NCBI GenBank assembly: GCA_023380635.1
Contig: JAMCRP010000001.1
Location: 405,200 to 469,199 of the forward strand
Direction of reading: 5' to 3'
Length of the DNA: 64,000 nucleotides
Source: Patescibacteria group bacterium
Lineage (GTDB): Bacteria > Patescibacteriota > Microgenomatia > JAMCZE01
Positions 47,906 through 56,026 of this stretch are shown here, piece after piece. Below the pieces are notes generated by a model. The model saw only the letters and a program-made list of their open reading frames with translations. It was not told the origin of the DNA and ran no database searches. The stretch's first letter is position 1; each line of letters starts with the position of its first letter. Made by a program: the position numbers and the translations under genes.

Positions 47906-48883
47906 ATGTTCACCTATACCCCAATTCTGATTGAGAAACGACGGCGGGAGCGGGCCAGGAAAAAATACTTGCTTCTGCTGCTGCCGGCGTTTATTGCCTT
48001 TCTGGGAATTATCAGCTATAAACATTTCCGCAAATTGCCGGCGGATCTCTCCTTGACCAACCAGGTCGTCCTCTCGGCGCAAACGGCACCTCCTTCTTCT
48101 CCCGGATTAACGACGGTTATTGATAGCACCCTTGAGGGCACTTCCGGAACCTACGGTATCGTCATTAAAAATCTGAAGGCCGGCGAGGCCTACTTCCAAA
48201 ACGAACACCGGGTCTTTGAGCCCGCCAGTTTATACAAGCTCTGGGTAATGGGCGCGGTTTTTCAGCAGGTGGAAAAAGGACAATTAAACCAAGATGAAGT
48301 TTTAACCGCTGACGCCGCGGATTTAAACAAAGAGTTTGCAATCGCCCCTGAAGATGCCGAACAAGCGTCCGGTCCGGTTTCCTACTCTGTCCGCGACGCT
48401 CTTAATCAAATGATTACTATCTCTAATAACTACGCTGCTCTGCTTTTAACACACAGGGTAGGTCTTTCTGCCATTAGCAGCTTTTTAGCCACCAAGGGTC
48501 TAACTGAATCTAAAGTCGGAGTCGGCCAAGCCTCACCCCTGACTACTCCCGCTGACACCGCTTTATTTTTGGAAAAACTGTATCTCGGCCAGCTGGCCAA
48601 TCCCCAAAATACTTCGGAAATGCTTAGTCTTTTGCGCTGGCAGAAGCTAAACGACGGATTGCCCAAATACCTGCCTGATGATATTACCGTCGCCCACAAA
48701 ACCGGAGAAATGGAACCGTTCACTCATGATGCCGGCATAGTTTATGCCGATAGCGGCGATTACCTCATCGTTGTTTTTTCCGAAACTGATTCCCGCCCCC
48801 TGGCCAAAGAACGCATCGCCCTGATTTCTAAAGGGGTCTACGATTACTTCACGGCAACTCCTTCGGGCAGTTTAACAAATTAA
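47906..48883 (+). CDS. serine hydrolase, class A beta-lactamase-like
   Basis: TM; ASLYK (SxxK), SNN, HKTG. Confidence 0.9.
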   Translation: MFTYTPILIEKRRRERARKKYLLLLLPAFIAFLGIISYKHFRKLPADLSLTNQVVLSAQTAPPSSPGLTTVIDSTLEGTSGTYGIVIKNLKAGEAYFQNEHRVFEPASLYKLWVMGAVFQQVEKGQLNQDEVLTADAADLNKEFAIAPEDAEQASGPVSYSVRDALNQMITISNNYAALLLTHRVGLSAISSFLATKGLTESKVGVGQASPLTTPADTALFLEKLYLGQLANPQNTSEMLSLLRWQKLNDGLPKYLPDDITVAHKTGEMEPFTHDAGIVYADSGDYLIVVFSETDSRPLAKERIALISKGVYDYFTATPSGSLTN

Positions 48884-48966
48884 TTTTAAAGGACGGGTAA
48901 ACAACCGGTCCGATTAGTCCGGTAGTTTTAAGAAAAAGAGGGTCCAACGGTGGTACCGGGCGTTTC

Positions 48967-49547
48967 CGCCAAACTTTTAAATATGAAACTTCCGGCCTGA
49001 CAAAAATCCTTAATAGTGTTATCCTCGGAATGACCGAAAACCACTGTCTGCCCAGTTTGATTCATATGACCGACAACGAAGAAAATCCTGCCTGGGCCAA
49101 TGCCCGGAATTTATATTATGTAACCTTTGATCATGATGGGCGGCCTCTTCAGGAAATCGCTCTCTCTTTTCCGCGCGAGAGGTCTTTGATCTGTGAAGGC
49201 TGCTCTGTCCGGGTTAACGACCACAAAAACTATGTTCCTCTTCCCAATGGATTAATGGGTTTTTGTGAGCCTGTAGAAACTAACGAACGCCAATGTAAGA
49301 GAAGGCTTATTCTGACCGTAAATCCCCGTGCCGACGAACAACCCTGTCTGATCCCTTGCGTTAAACCAACCGCTGTCTTCGACTGGAGAGAATACCATGA
49401 CTGGTTCAATTCTTACTCTAAGAAACAATGACTTCGAATCCCACGCTTCCACACCGGTTTCGCCTAGGAGAACGCCGTAAATTTTCAAATATGAAACGCC
49501 GGTCTGCCAAAAATCCCCGGCAGTGTGGTTCTGGAAATGACAAAAAA
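48967..49547 (+). repeat. diverged ~75-bp direct repeat pair (48967-49040, 49473-49547)
   Basis: Both copies read AAATATGAAAC..CCGG.CTG.CAAAAATCC.....AGTGT..T.CT.G.AATGAC. Confidence 0.7.
49030..49431 (+). CDS. hypothetical Cys-containing protein
   Basis: 133-aa ORF, CEGC plus further Cys. Confidence 0.6.
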   Translation: MTENHCLPSLIHMTDNEENPAWANARNLYYVTFDHDGRPLQEIALSFPRERSLICEGCSVRVNDHKNYVPLPNGLMGFCEPVETNERQCKRRLILTVNPRADEQPCLIPCVKPTAVFDWREYHDWFNSYSKKQ

Positions 49548-49606
49548 AGCAATCTATGTGATTAGCGGGTATTGACAAAGAGAAAAATGGCGGTTAACCT
49601 TAATAA

Positions 49607-50242
49607 ATGCTCGAGAAAAATGGTTTCGCCCATATCTTAATCTTAATCGCCGCTGTCGCTCTGCTTTTAGTCGCCTTGGCTGTGCCGCGAGTTTTAGCCA
49701 AAGATCAATTGGCCGAGTACCAACAAAATCAAAATCAGAATCAAATCCAAAACCAAGAACAGGAGCAGAAACAAGAACAAGAACAAGAGCAAGAGCAAAA
49801 CCAAGAACAGGAGCAGAAACAAAAACCAGAAAGTAACGAAGTAGAAAAAGATGGCAGCGAACCAGCCCGGCCACATTTTCCGCTTTCTGTTAATTCTACG
49901 ACCAATCAACTAATCGTAACTACTCCGGCCGGAACAAAAATTGTGGCCACCCTGCCGCAAAAAGCCATTGATAACATGCTTTCTCAGGGAATCGTTCCCG
50001 TCGCCACTCTATCAAACTCTGCTTCGCCGTCGGGAATAGCATCCTCGTCAGCCGTAACCATGACTACACTGGACAATAAATGGGTTTATAAAATTGCCGG
50101 CGAAAAGAAGTTTAATGTGTTGGGGTTTATTCCCGTCTCTTTGCCTGTGACAGCTTATGTGGCCACCGATTCTGGCCAGATCCTTTCCCAGAGCCAGTCG
50201 CTGCTCTCCCGGTTCTTGGACCTCCTCTCCTTCAGGTTCTAA
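49607..50242 (+). CDS. secreted/membrane protein with Gln-Glu repeat
   Basis: KNG-FAHIL prepilin-like N-terminus, (QE)n tract; TTGACA-17-TAACCT ends 6 nt before the ATG. Confidence 0.8.
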   Translation: MLEKNGFAHILILIAAVALLLVALAVPRVLAKDQLAEYQQNQNQNQIQNQEQEQKQEQEQEQEQNQEQEQKQKPESNEVEKDGSEPARPHFPLSVNSTTNQLIVTTPAGTKIVATLPQKAIDNMLSQGIVPVATLSNSASPSGIASSSAVTMTTLDNKWVYKIAGEKKFNVLGFIPVSLPVTAYVATDSGQILSQSQSLLSRFLDLLSFRF

Positions 50243-50260
50243 GAAGCTAGAACTTCTACC

Positions 50261-50515
50261 TTAGCGATGAGTACACCCTGGCCAGCAGCAAGGGCGGCGC
50301 ATTCCCTCTTTGAGTTCACTAATCACTCTTTTAATATGATTGCGTCTAGTCTCTGCCTTTTTAACCAATGTTGTCCAGCAAATCCATTCATTTCGAGCCA
50401 AAGGTGTAAGACTTTCCCAAAGGGTAAGCGCTTTAGGGTCAGAAATCAAAGCCTCCCTTAAATCGGTTGGAAGCGTGTGTACTACACCCCCTGAAATATT
50501 TTTAGCCTTAGCCAT
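50261..50515 (-). CDS. YdeI/OmpD-associated family protein
   Basis: LPTDLREAL..WESLTPLARNEWICW..KKAETR..RRPCCWPGC. Confidence 0.85.
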   Translation of the reverse strand: MAKAKNISGGVVHTLPTDLREALISDPKALTLWESLTPLARNEWICWTTLVKKAETRRNHIKRVISELKEGMRRPCCWPGCTHR

Positions 50516-50549
50516 GGAGTAATTATATCAAATTGAGGCTAGGAACCTT

Positions 50550-50591
50550 GGCTCCGAGCGGTTGACTCTATTCGGAATTTTTACGCACAAA
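50550..50591 (+). repeat. 42-bp cassette-boundary repeat R1
   Basis: GGCTCCGAGCGGTTGACTCTATTCGGAATTTTTACGCACAAA; reads WLRAVDSIRNFYAQTNL*. Confidence 0.85.
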
Positions 50592-51468
50592 CCAATTTAT
50601 AAATTGCTGCCTTTTTCCCTGAAACTAAAACATCATATTTCTTTAGAAGTTTAAACAAACTTGCCTTGTTTAATGCTTCTTCAAAAACAGTTTTGTTTCC
50701 CATTAATACCACCACTAATCCATTTGGTTTTAAAACCCGTTTAAATTCTTTTAGCGTTGCCTCGTAAAACTTTGGCAAGTCCAATTCCTTTCCTACTTCA
50801 ATTCCCCAGGGTGGATCGGTGATGATTTTATTGACGCTATTATCGGCAACCTCAGTCATATGAAGAGCATCCGTTCCGGTTTTAATATCCCCGGAGATGA
50901 TTTTCAGGTGGGGAAAGTTGGCTCTTTCGGCAGGAATCGCACCGGATCCGGCAAAAGGGTCAAGGACGACATCATCCGGCCTAGGGTCAGAAATTAAACA
51001 AAGCAGATTAGCCAATTCTGGTCTTAACTGGCCTTTTTGGAGAACATCTTTGTAGTCGGGGTGTTTGGTGATTCTTACACCGGCAAATTTATACCCCTCG
51101 CTTCGTTCTAAGAACCAAAATTCAAAATCAGGGTTAGACCGATCAACAGTAAGGTGATTGGCCTCGGCAATTTTCTTTTCAATTCTTGCAAGCCGTTCTC
51201 TATTGATGGCGATAATTTCATTCTCTCTAGAAAAGATTACCCGGAATGTATTTCCCAGCTTTATTCCTGTCTTTTCCTCCGGCTTTGCTTCCAAGAAGGA
51301 GTTATTAAGAAACCGCAGTTTTTTAATTTCTTCCGGGCTGGATTCCGACTGATAGACAATTAAGCCGTCAAGAAGTAGCTGACATATAAACCCTCTCAGC
51401 GATTTTTCCAGCTGGTTTTTAACTTCCTCTCCCAACCCAGGAATAAACGTTGAAAAGTATCTATTCAC
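50581..51468 (-). CDS. TRM11-like RNA methyltransferase
   Basis: LRPELA, VLDPFAGSGAI, ITDPPWG. Confidence 0.85.
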   Translation of the reverse strand: MNRYFSTFIPGLGEEVKNQLEKSLRGFICQLLLDGLIVYQSESSPEEIKKLRFLNNSFLEAKPEEKTGIKLGNTFRVIFSRENEIIAINRERLARIEKKIAEANHLTVDRSNPDFEFWFLERSEGYKFAGVRITKHPDYKDVLQKGQLRPELANLLCLISDPRPDDVVLDPFAGSGAIPAERANFPHLKIISGDIKTGTDALHMTEVADNSVNKIITDPPWGIEVGKELDLPKFYEATLKEFKRVLKPNGLVVVLMGNKTVFEEALNKASLFKLLKKYDVLVSGKKAAIYKLVCA

Positions 51469-51609
51469 AAAGGAAGTATATCAACTGAAAAGATCAAACA
51501 AAATATAGGGCCTTATTACAACCTATTCCTTTCCCATTTCGGAGTTTGTGTCGTCACAAAAAGTCCGAACATCTACTGAAGGTACTCAAATTTCGAGCTT
51601 AAAAAGACC

Positions 51610-51651
51610 GGCTCCGGGCAGTAGATTTAATTCGGAACTTTTACACTCAAA
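51610..51651 (+). repeat. 42-bp cassette-boundary repeat R2
   Basis: GGCTCCGGGCAGTAGATTTAATTCGGAACTTTTACACTCAAA; reads RLRAVDLIRNFYTQNCN*. Confidence 0.85.
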
Positions 51652-51878
51652 ACTGTAATTAATAGGGAATTTCTCAGGAATGACTCACTTTTCGTACCGC
51701 AACTGGGCTGTGCTAATCAACGACCCAGAAACTTATTTTCGCCAAGCACAACGACTTACGATGCCAACCCAATAAATACACATGCTTTCACGATTGCCTC
51801 TGCATCTATAAAGTGAAACAAGGAGAGAAAAAGGTAATTAACGTACCGAATCGGCAGACGTCTCTTTAAACAAATTTC

Positions 51879-53168
51879 TTATCGGTCGTATCTTTGTGCG
51901 TTTTCAGTAAATCCCGCTATTTGAGACCCCGTCTTTCCTTCAAAAAATTCTACCTTTATCTCTCTTTCTCCCAACATCTGCACCAAAAAGGTTCCTTCAG
52001 TTTTAAAATTGGAGGTCTTTCTACTGTCGTTTGTTGATCTTTCATTCATTACTTCATATTTAACTAGGCCGGAGTTTACATTAATCGCTGCCGGATCCGG
52101 CCTGTTATTCTTAACAATGTAAACCATGTTGGTGGGGATATAACCTATCTGGATAACGGAAGGGTCGTAATTGAAATAAAAAAACGATAAAGTCGGCATC
52201 CCTATTTTTTTAATATTTTTATCAGTCTCCGGAAACCAGTTCCCAACAAGCCTGCCGTCAATGTCATAAGCAAACTCGCCCCCTCTGGGTTCCGGCCTCT
52301 GTGGCAGTTTGGTATAAAGCTGCCTCCTTAAAGGCTCAGCGAAGTAATTAAGCGGGTTAACAGAATTACCTGATTTAGTACCATATCTTTTAGAGTGAAT
52401 GAAATGGGCGGGTTTATTTAGATCAACGGCCCAGAGATCTATACCGTCAATGGTTGGACCCCCGCCTCCACGGCCGATGATTTGTCCGGCTTTAATGGGA
52501 ATTTCATAAAAGTTCTGGTCGCTTTCTTTAAGATTTCCAATTTTATCTTTCAGATCTTGTGATAAGTCGGTCAAATGGCAGATCATTAGAAATAAATTTT
52601 TTGAGTATTGAAAAGTGAGGGTATAATCATCCATTCTGCTGATATGATCATTTGCCTCCCAACGGGCTTTCTCATATTCAACCTGAACCAGATACCCATC
52701 TGCAACAGCGCTGACATCGTAAGCTTGAGTTTGGCCACTTTTTTTATCTCCTTCATGAACATAAATATGGTCTACGGGAATATTGTGGGATCCACCCCCT
52801 GTCGAGTCTCGATCTCCTGAATCAGCACCGCCTAAAGGATCAATCGATGTAATTTTATCGACAGGCATAGGGGGAACGGTAAACTCTACCTCGGCGTCTT
52901 TTTGATAAACAGTGCTGGTAAGGAAAATGTCCCGGTAGCCATTTGTCTCTTGTTTATTCTTTTGCTGATTAATGTCTTTTCCCAGCTCATTATTGTTATT
53001 GGGTTCTGTATTTTTAGAACCAAAAAACGCAACTATTACCCCAAAAACCACTATGGCAACTAAAATAAGCCCTACCCACCAAAAACGCTTGAGAAGATTT
53101 TTCATCTGCTCTTTTACATCTTTAATTTCTTTTGCCTGATCAACAGAAGTGTCGGTATTCTCTTCCAT
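51879..53168 (-). CDS. membrane-anchored extracellular hypothetical protein
   Basis: 429 aa, N-terminal TM; H.IP.DH.Y, VSAVADG, IKAGQIIG (M23-like fold, weak). Confidence 0.8.
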   Translation of the reverse strand: MEENTDTSVDQAKEIKDVKEQMKNLLKRFWWVGLILVAIVVFGVIVAFFGSKNTEPNNNNELGKDINQQKNKQETNGYRDIFLTSTVYQKDAEVEFTVPPMPVDKITSIDPLGGADSGDRDSTGGGSHNIPVDHIYVHEGDKKSGQTQAYDVSAVADGYLVQVEYEKARWEANDHISRMDDYTLTFQYSKNLFLMICHLTDLSQDLKDKIGNLKESDQNFYEIPIKAGQIIGRGGGGPTIDGIDLWAVDLNKPAHFIHSKRYGTKSGNSVNPLNYFAEPLRRQLYTKLPQRPEPRGGEFAYDIDGRLVGNWFPETDKNIKKIGMPTLSFFYFNYDPSVIQIGYIPTNMVYIVKNNRPDPAAINVNSGLVKYEVMNERSTNDSRKTSNFKTEGTFLVQMLGEREIKVEFFEGKTGSQIAGFTENAQRYDR

Positions 53169-53252
53169 AAATTCCTTACCTTAAATCAGTATAGCAAAAG
53201 AAGCTAAAAGTACTATTTTTTAGTAGAAGAAAAACCGAGACTAAAAATAACC

Positions 53253-53294
53253 GGCTCCGTGCCGTTGACGACATTTGGAACTTTTACGCTCAAA
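53253..53294 (+). repeat. 42-bp cassette-boundary repeat R3
   Basis: GGCTCCGTGCCGTTGACGACATTTGGAACTTTTACGCTCAAA; reads RLRAVDDIWNFYAQI*. Confidence 0.85.
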
Positions 53295-53316
53295 TCTAAA
53301 CTGATTTATTCTTTTA

Positions 53317-54204
53317 TCAGAAGGCCAGATTAAACAAATAACCGGTAAAGGCAATTCCAAGAGCAAGAATAGCAATATAGATAGCTAAAAGTTTTGGTTT
53401 CAGCACTTTGCGCAGGATAATCATCTCCGGCAAAGATAACGCCGTGACTGACATCATAAAAGCCAGGGCAGTCCCCAACGGCAAGCCTTTCTCAATAAGC
53501 GAACTTACAACAGGAACTGTCCCGGCAGCGTTGGAATAAAGAGGAACTCCAATGGCCACGGCAATAAGCACAGCAAAAGGATTATTCCTACCGGCAATTT
53601 TGGCCAGAAAATCAGCCGGAGCATAACCGTGAATTAAAGCCCCAAGACCCACCCCCAACAAAACGTACGGGAATACTTTTTTAATTAAATCAACCGTGTA
53701 AATCTTTGCTTCAATTAAGCGGTCTTTAATTGTGGTTTGAGCCGACAGATTTGTTGTGTTCGCTTTTATTTTCCAGATATAATCCTCAACTAAGGGTTCC
53801 AGATGTAATTTACCAAGAATAAAGCCAACAACTATGGCGATTACCACACCGGAAGCAATATACAAAGCAGCAATCTGCCAGCCAAAAAGCCCCAGAAGTA
53901 ATACCGCCGCGACTTCATTCACCATGGGAGCAGAAATAAGGTAGGAAAAAGTCACGCCGAGAGGCACTCCGCTTTCAACGAACCCGATAAATAACGGCAC
54001 TGCTGAACAGGAACAGAAAGGAGTAACTATTCCGATTAAGGCCGCCAGAACATTGCCGATTATTGAAAATTTTCTGGTTAACAACTTTCTGGTTTTTTCC
54101 GGAGCAATAAACGACCGGAGAAAAGTGACGAAGAAAATAATTACGCAAAGAAGAATGAAGATCTTGACGCTGTCGTAAATGAAAAAGTTCAGCGCTTCAA
54201 TCAT
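53317..54204 (-). CDS. ArsP/DUF318-family permease
   Basis: TPFCSCSAVP, SAPMVNE, GVPLYSN, ALSLPEM. Confidence 0.9.
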   Translation of the reverse strand: MIEALNFFIYDSVKIFILLCVIIFFVTFLRSFIAPEKTRKLLTRKFSIIGNVLAALIGIVTPFCSCSAVPLFIGFVESGVPLGVTFSYLISAPMVNEVAAVLLLGLFGWQIAALYIASGVVIAIVVGFILGKLHLEPLVEDYIWKIKANTTNLSAQTTIKDRLIEAKIYTVDLIKKVFPYVLLGVGLGALIHGYAPADFLAKIAGRNNPFAVLIAVAIGVPLYSNAAGTVPVVSSLIEKGLPLGTALAFMMSVTALSLPEMIILRKVLKPKLLAIYIAILALGIAFTGYLFNLAF

Positions 54205-54452
54205 TCCAAATTTTTAGAAAAAATATCTTTAAGTTTTAAAATATCCGGCGTAAACCCCACCATCACCGGTTTGTCATTAATTACCAACACTGGCGAACTC
54301 ATAATTCCCAGCTCCACAATCCTGGTTGTTCCCTCATTTCCGGTAAGGTATTCCACTTTTGTATCCAGCCCCATCTCTTTAACGGTTTTATCAACCAATT
54401 CGTAAAGTTTTTGACAAGTCGGACAACCGGAACCAAGAACCTGAATTTTCAT
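54201..54452 (-). CDS. small thioredoxin-like redox-active disulfide protein
   Basis: MKIQVLGSGCPTC...GIMSSPVLVIND. Confidence 0.9.
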   Translation of the reverse strand: MKIQVLGSGCPTCQKLYELVDKTVKEMGLDTKVEYLTGNEGTTRIVELGIMSSPVLVINDKPVMVGFTPDILKLKDIFSKNLE

Positions 54453-54766
54453 AAATCAACTAAATTAAATAACGCGGCGGTAACTTTTTTGCCTTTGGTG
54501 GTAAGAGAGTAATAGACCTTCAGCCCTTCCTTTTTGTCAGTAACAATTTCTGAATCTTTGAGGTCTTTGAGATGATGCGATAATAGACTTTGGGAAACAA
54601 AAAGGTGTTCCTGAAGTTCACAGACGCAATGCTGGCCCTGACGCAAAATACAAAGAATCTTTAACCGGCTTTCCTCGCCAACAATTTTAAGCAGGGGAAT
54701 TAGTTGATCAAGTTCCTTGTTATTTTTACTCCCTTTCTGACAGCAATTATATGAACTCATATTCAT
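54449..54766 (-). CDS. arsR: ArsR/SmtB family regulator
   Basis: N-terminal CC; RLKIL..L..HCVCEL...SQSLLSHHLKDL. Confidence 0.9.
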   Translation of the reverse strand: MNMSSYNCCQKGSKNNKELDQLIPLLKIVGEESRLKILCILRQGQHCVCELQEHLFVSQSLLSHHLKDLKDSEIVTDKKEGLKVYYSLTTKGKKVTAALFNLVDL

Positions 54767-54769
54767 ATA
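54748..54769. promoter_or_regulatory. putative ArsR operator
   Basis: Perfect 8-6-8 inverted repeat TATATGAA-CTCATA-TTCATATA over the arsR start. Confidence 0.6.
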
Positions 54770-54854
54770 TTAACTCCAAATTAACTTAGGAAGCAATACC
54801 CGTCTGGAGTTTCCGCCACCATTAGTTCCGGGATGACGATATTATTCAAATCGG

Positions 54855-54926
54855 CTCCCCCGCTAGGACTCGAACCTAGAACATCTTCGTTAACAGCGAA
54901 GCGCTCTACCATTGAGCTACAGGGGA
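54855..54926 (-). tRNA. tRNA-Asn(GTT)
   Basis: TCCCCTG TAGCTCAATGGTAGAGC...CTTCG-CT-GTT-AA-CGAAG...GGTTCGAGTCC...GGGGAG. Confidence 0.96.
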
Positions 54927-55174
54927 TTGGCTATTAACTTTTTGATAAACAATCTTCCTTGACAACTCTTTAATTGTTTTTCTCTCTTTAGGGCTTCCGT
55001 CTTTGATTCCAAATACTCTTTATAAATTACCTTCCATTCTCCTCTCGCCTGGGCGGTGTAATGTTTTCCAACTTTCAAATTGTGTTCTTTCAGTCTTCTG
55101 TCAATATCAGATGTCTGTCCAATATAGATCTTATTCCCCTCTGCATTATATAAAGCGTAAACAAAATAGTTCAC
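54917..55174 (-). CDS. small stand-alone GIY-YIG nuclease
   Basis: YFVYAL...IYIGQTSD..RRLKEHN...EALKREKQLKS. Confidence 0.92.
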   Translation of the reverse strand: MNYFVYALYNAEGNKIYIGQTSDIDRRLKEHNLKVGKHYTAQARGEWKVIYKEYLESKTEALKREKQLKSCQGRLFIKKLIANPL

Positions 55175-55185
55175 ACTAATATTTT

Positions 55186-55224
55186 ACAGCGAAGCGTCCG
55201 CCAATTGGCGGACTACAGGGGATT
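55186..55224 (-). pseudogene. 5'-half copy of tRNA-Asn with D-arm replaced by an 18-bp palindrome
   Basis: ACAGCGAAGCG and CTACAGGGGATT are identical to the tRNA locus; centre is GTCCGCCAATTGGCGGAC. Confidence 0.85.
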
Positions 55225-55409
55225 ATTAAATTGTGAATGTTCGGTCTCCAGGCTGAATTTTATCACAAAAAGTGGCTTCGGATATAGTCAAACAGCCGAC
55301 TGTCTGATTCTGGCACAGATATCTGTATGGCAATTCGCGCAGACAAGAACACTCGAAATGAATTTATTCTTTGTCCCCTTGCAAACTTTTTTAAACCATG
55401 TTGTACTGA

Positions 55410-56006
55410 ATGCGTATGAAAAAACTTACTCATAACAAATTTTCTCTTCCCCAGGTGGTCATTTTCGTTCTGATAGCCCTGATTATCGGCGGGGTTGGCG
55501 GTTACAAAGTCGGCAAAAAACTGACCAGCCTGGCTTACTACGCCCTGACGGAAAAAGTGGTCGCGGATAACACGGACAAAATGATCCGTTACGAAACCCA
55601 GACTGCCGTCAGCATGCTTTCCGCCATTAATAAAAAGGCGGCTACCGGGGAACTGACGCCCGCCTACGCCAATAAACTGGCCGCCGACCTTCTTCGCGAC
55701 CTGCGCTACGGTGACGACCAGCAAGGTTATTTCTGGGCAGACACGACCAACGGAGTCAATGTCGTTTTGTACGGCCGGACCGATGTCGAAGGAAAAAACC
55801 GGTACAACGACCAGATCGACGGGATTAATTACATCCAGGAAATTATCGCCCAGGGTCAGAAACCAAGCGGCGGTTATACCGACTATTTCTACCCGAAATT
55901 ACAGGGCAGCACCCCCGAGGCCAAACGGGCCTACAGCTTGCTGTCTCAGCCCTATCAGTGGGTTGTCGGCACCGGTTACTATCTTAATGACATTAAGCTG
56001 AAATAA
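55410..56006 (+). CDS. stand-alone single Cache domain protein
   Basis: TM; LRDLRYG..GYFW...GGYTDYFYPK..KRAYS...WVVGTGYY. Confidence 0.88.
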   Translation: MRMKKLTHNKFSLPQVVIFVLIALIIGGVGGYKVGKKLTSLAYYALTEKVVADNTDKMIRYETQTAVSMLSAINKKAATGELTPAYANKLAADLLRDLRYGDDQQGYFWADTTNGVNVVLYGRTDVEGKNRYNDQIDGINYIQEIIAQGQKPSGGYTDYFYPKLQGSTPEAKRAYSLLSQPYQWVVGTGYYLNDIKLK

Positions 56007-56026
56007 AAGCGGGGCTTCCAAAGCTT

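Noticed and set aside
47906-48883. True beta-lactam resistance gene
   Set aside because: It is membrane-anchored and has no clear omega-loop ExxLN motif; more likely a cell-wall serine hydrolase.
49430-49452. TTCGAATCCCAC as a tRNA 3' remnant or att site
   Set aside because: The T-stem does not pair and it matches no tRNA in the window.
49721-49830. CAAGAA/CAAAAT hexamer array as a DNA-level element
   Set aside because: It is explained by the in-frame QN/QE low-complexity protein tract.
51660-51870. Intergenic stretch as a recombinase pseudogene
   Set aside because: I found no recognisable recombinase motif in the frames read; left unassigned pending blastx.
50550-53294. 42-bp repeats as a CRISPR array or classical integron attC sites
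   Set aside because: Spacing is over 1 kb, there are no cas or intI genes, there are no RYYYAAC/GTTRRRY inverted ends, and variation is codon-like.
55225-55409. Riboswitch upstream of the Cache protein
   Set aside because: Only short hairpins are present; I recognised no conserved aptamer motif by eye. An Rfam scan would settle it.
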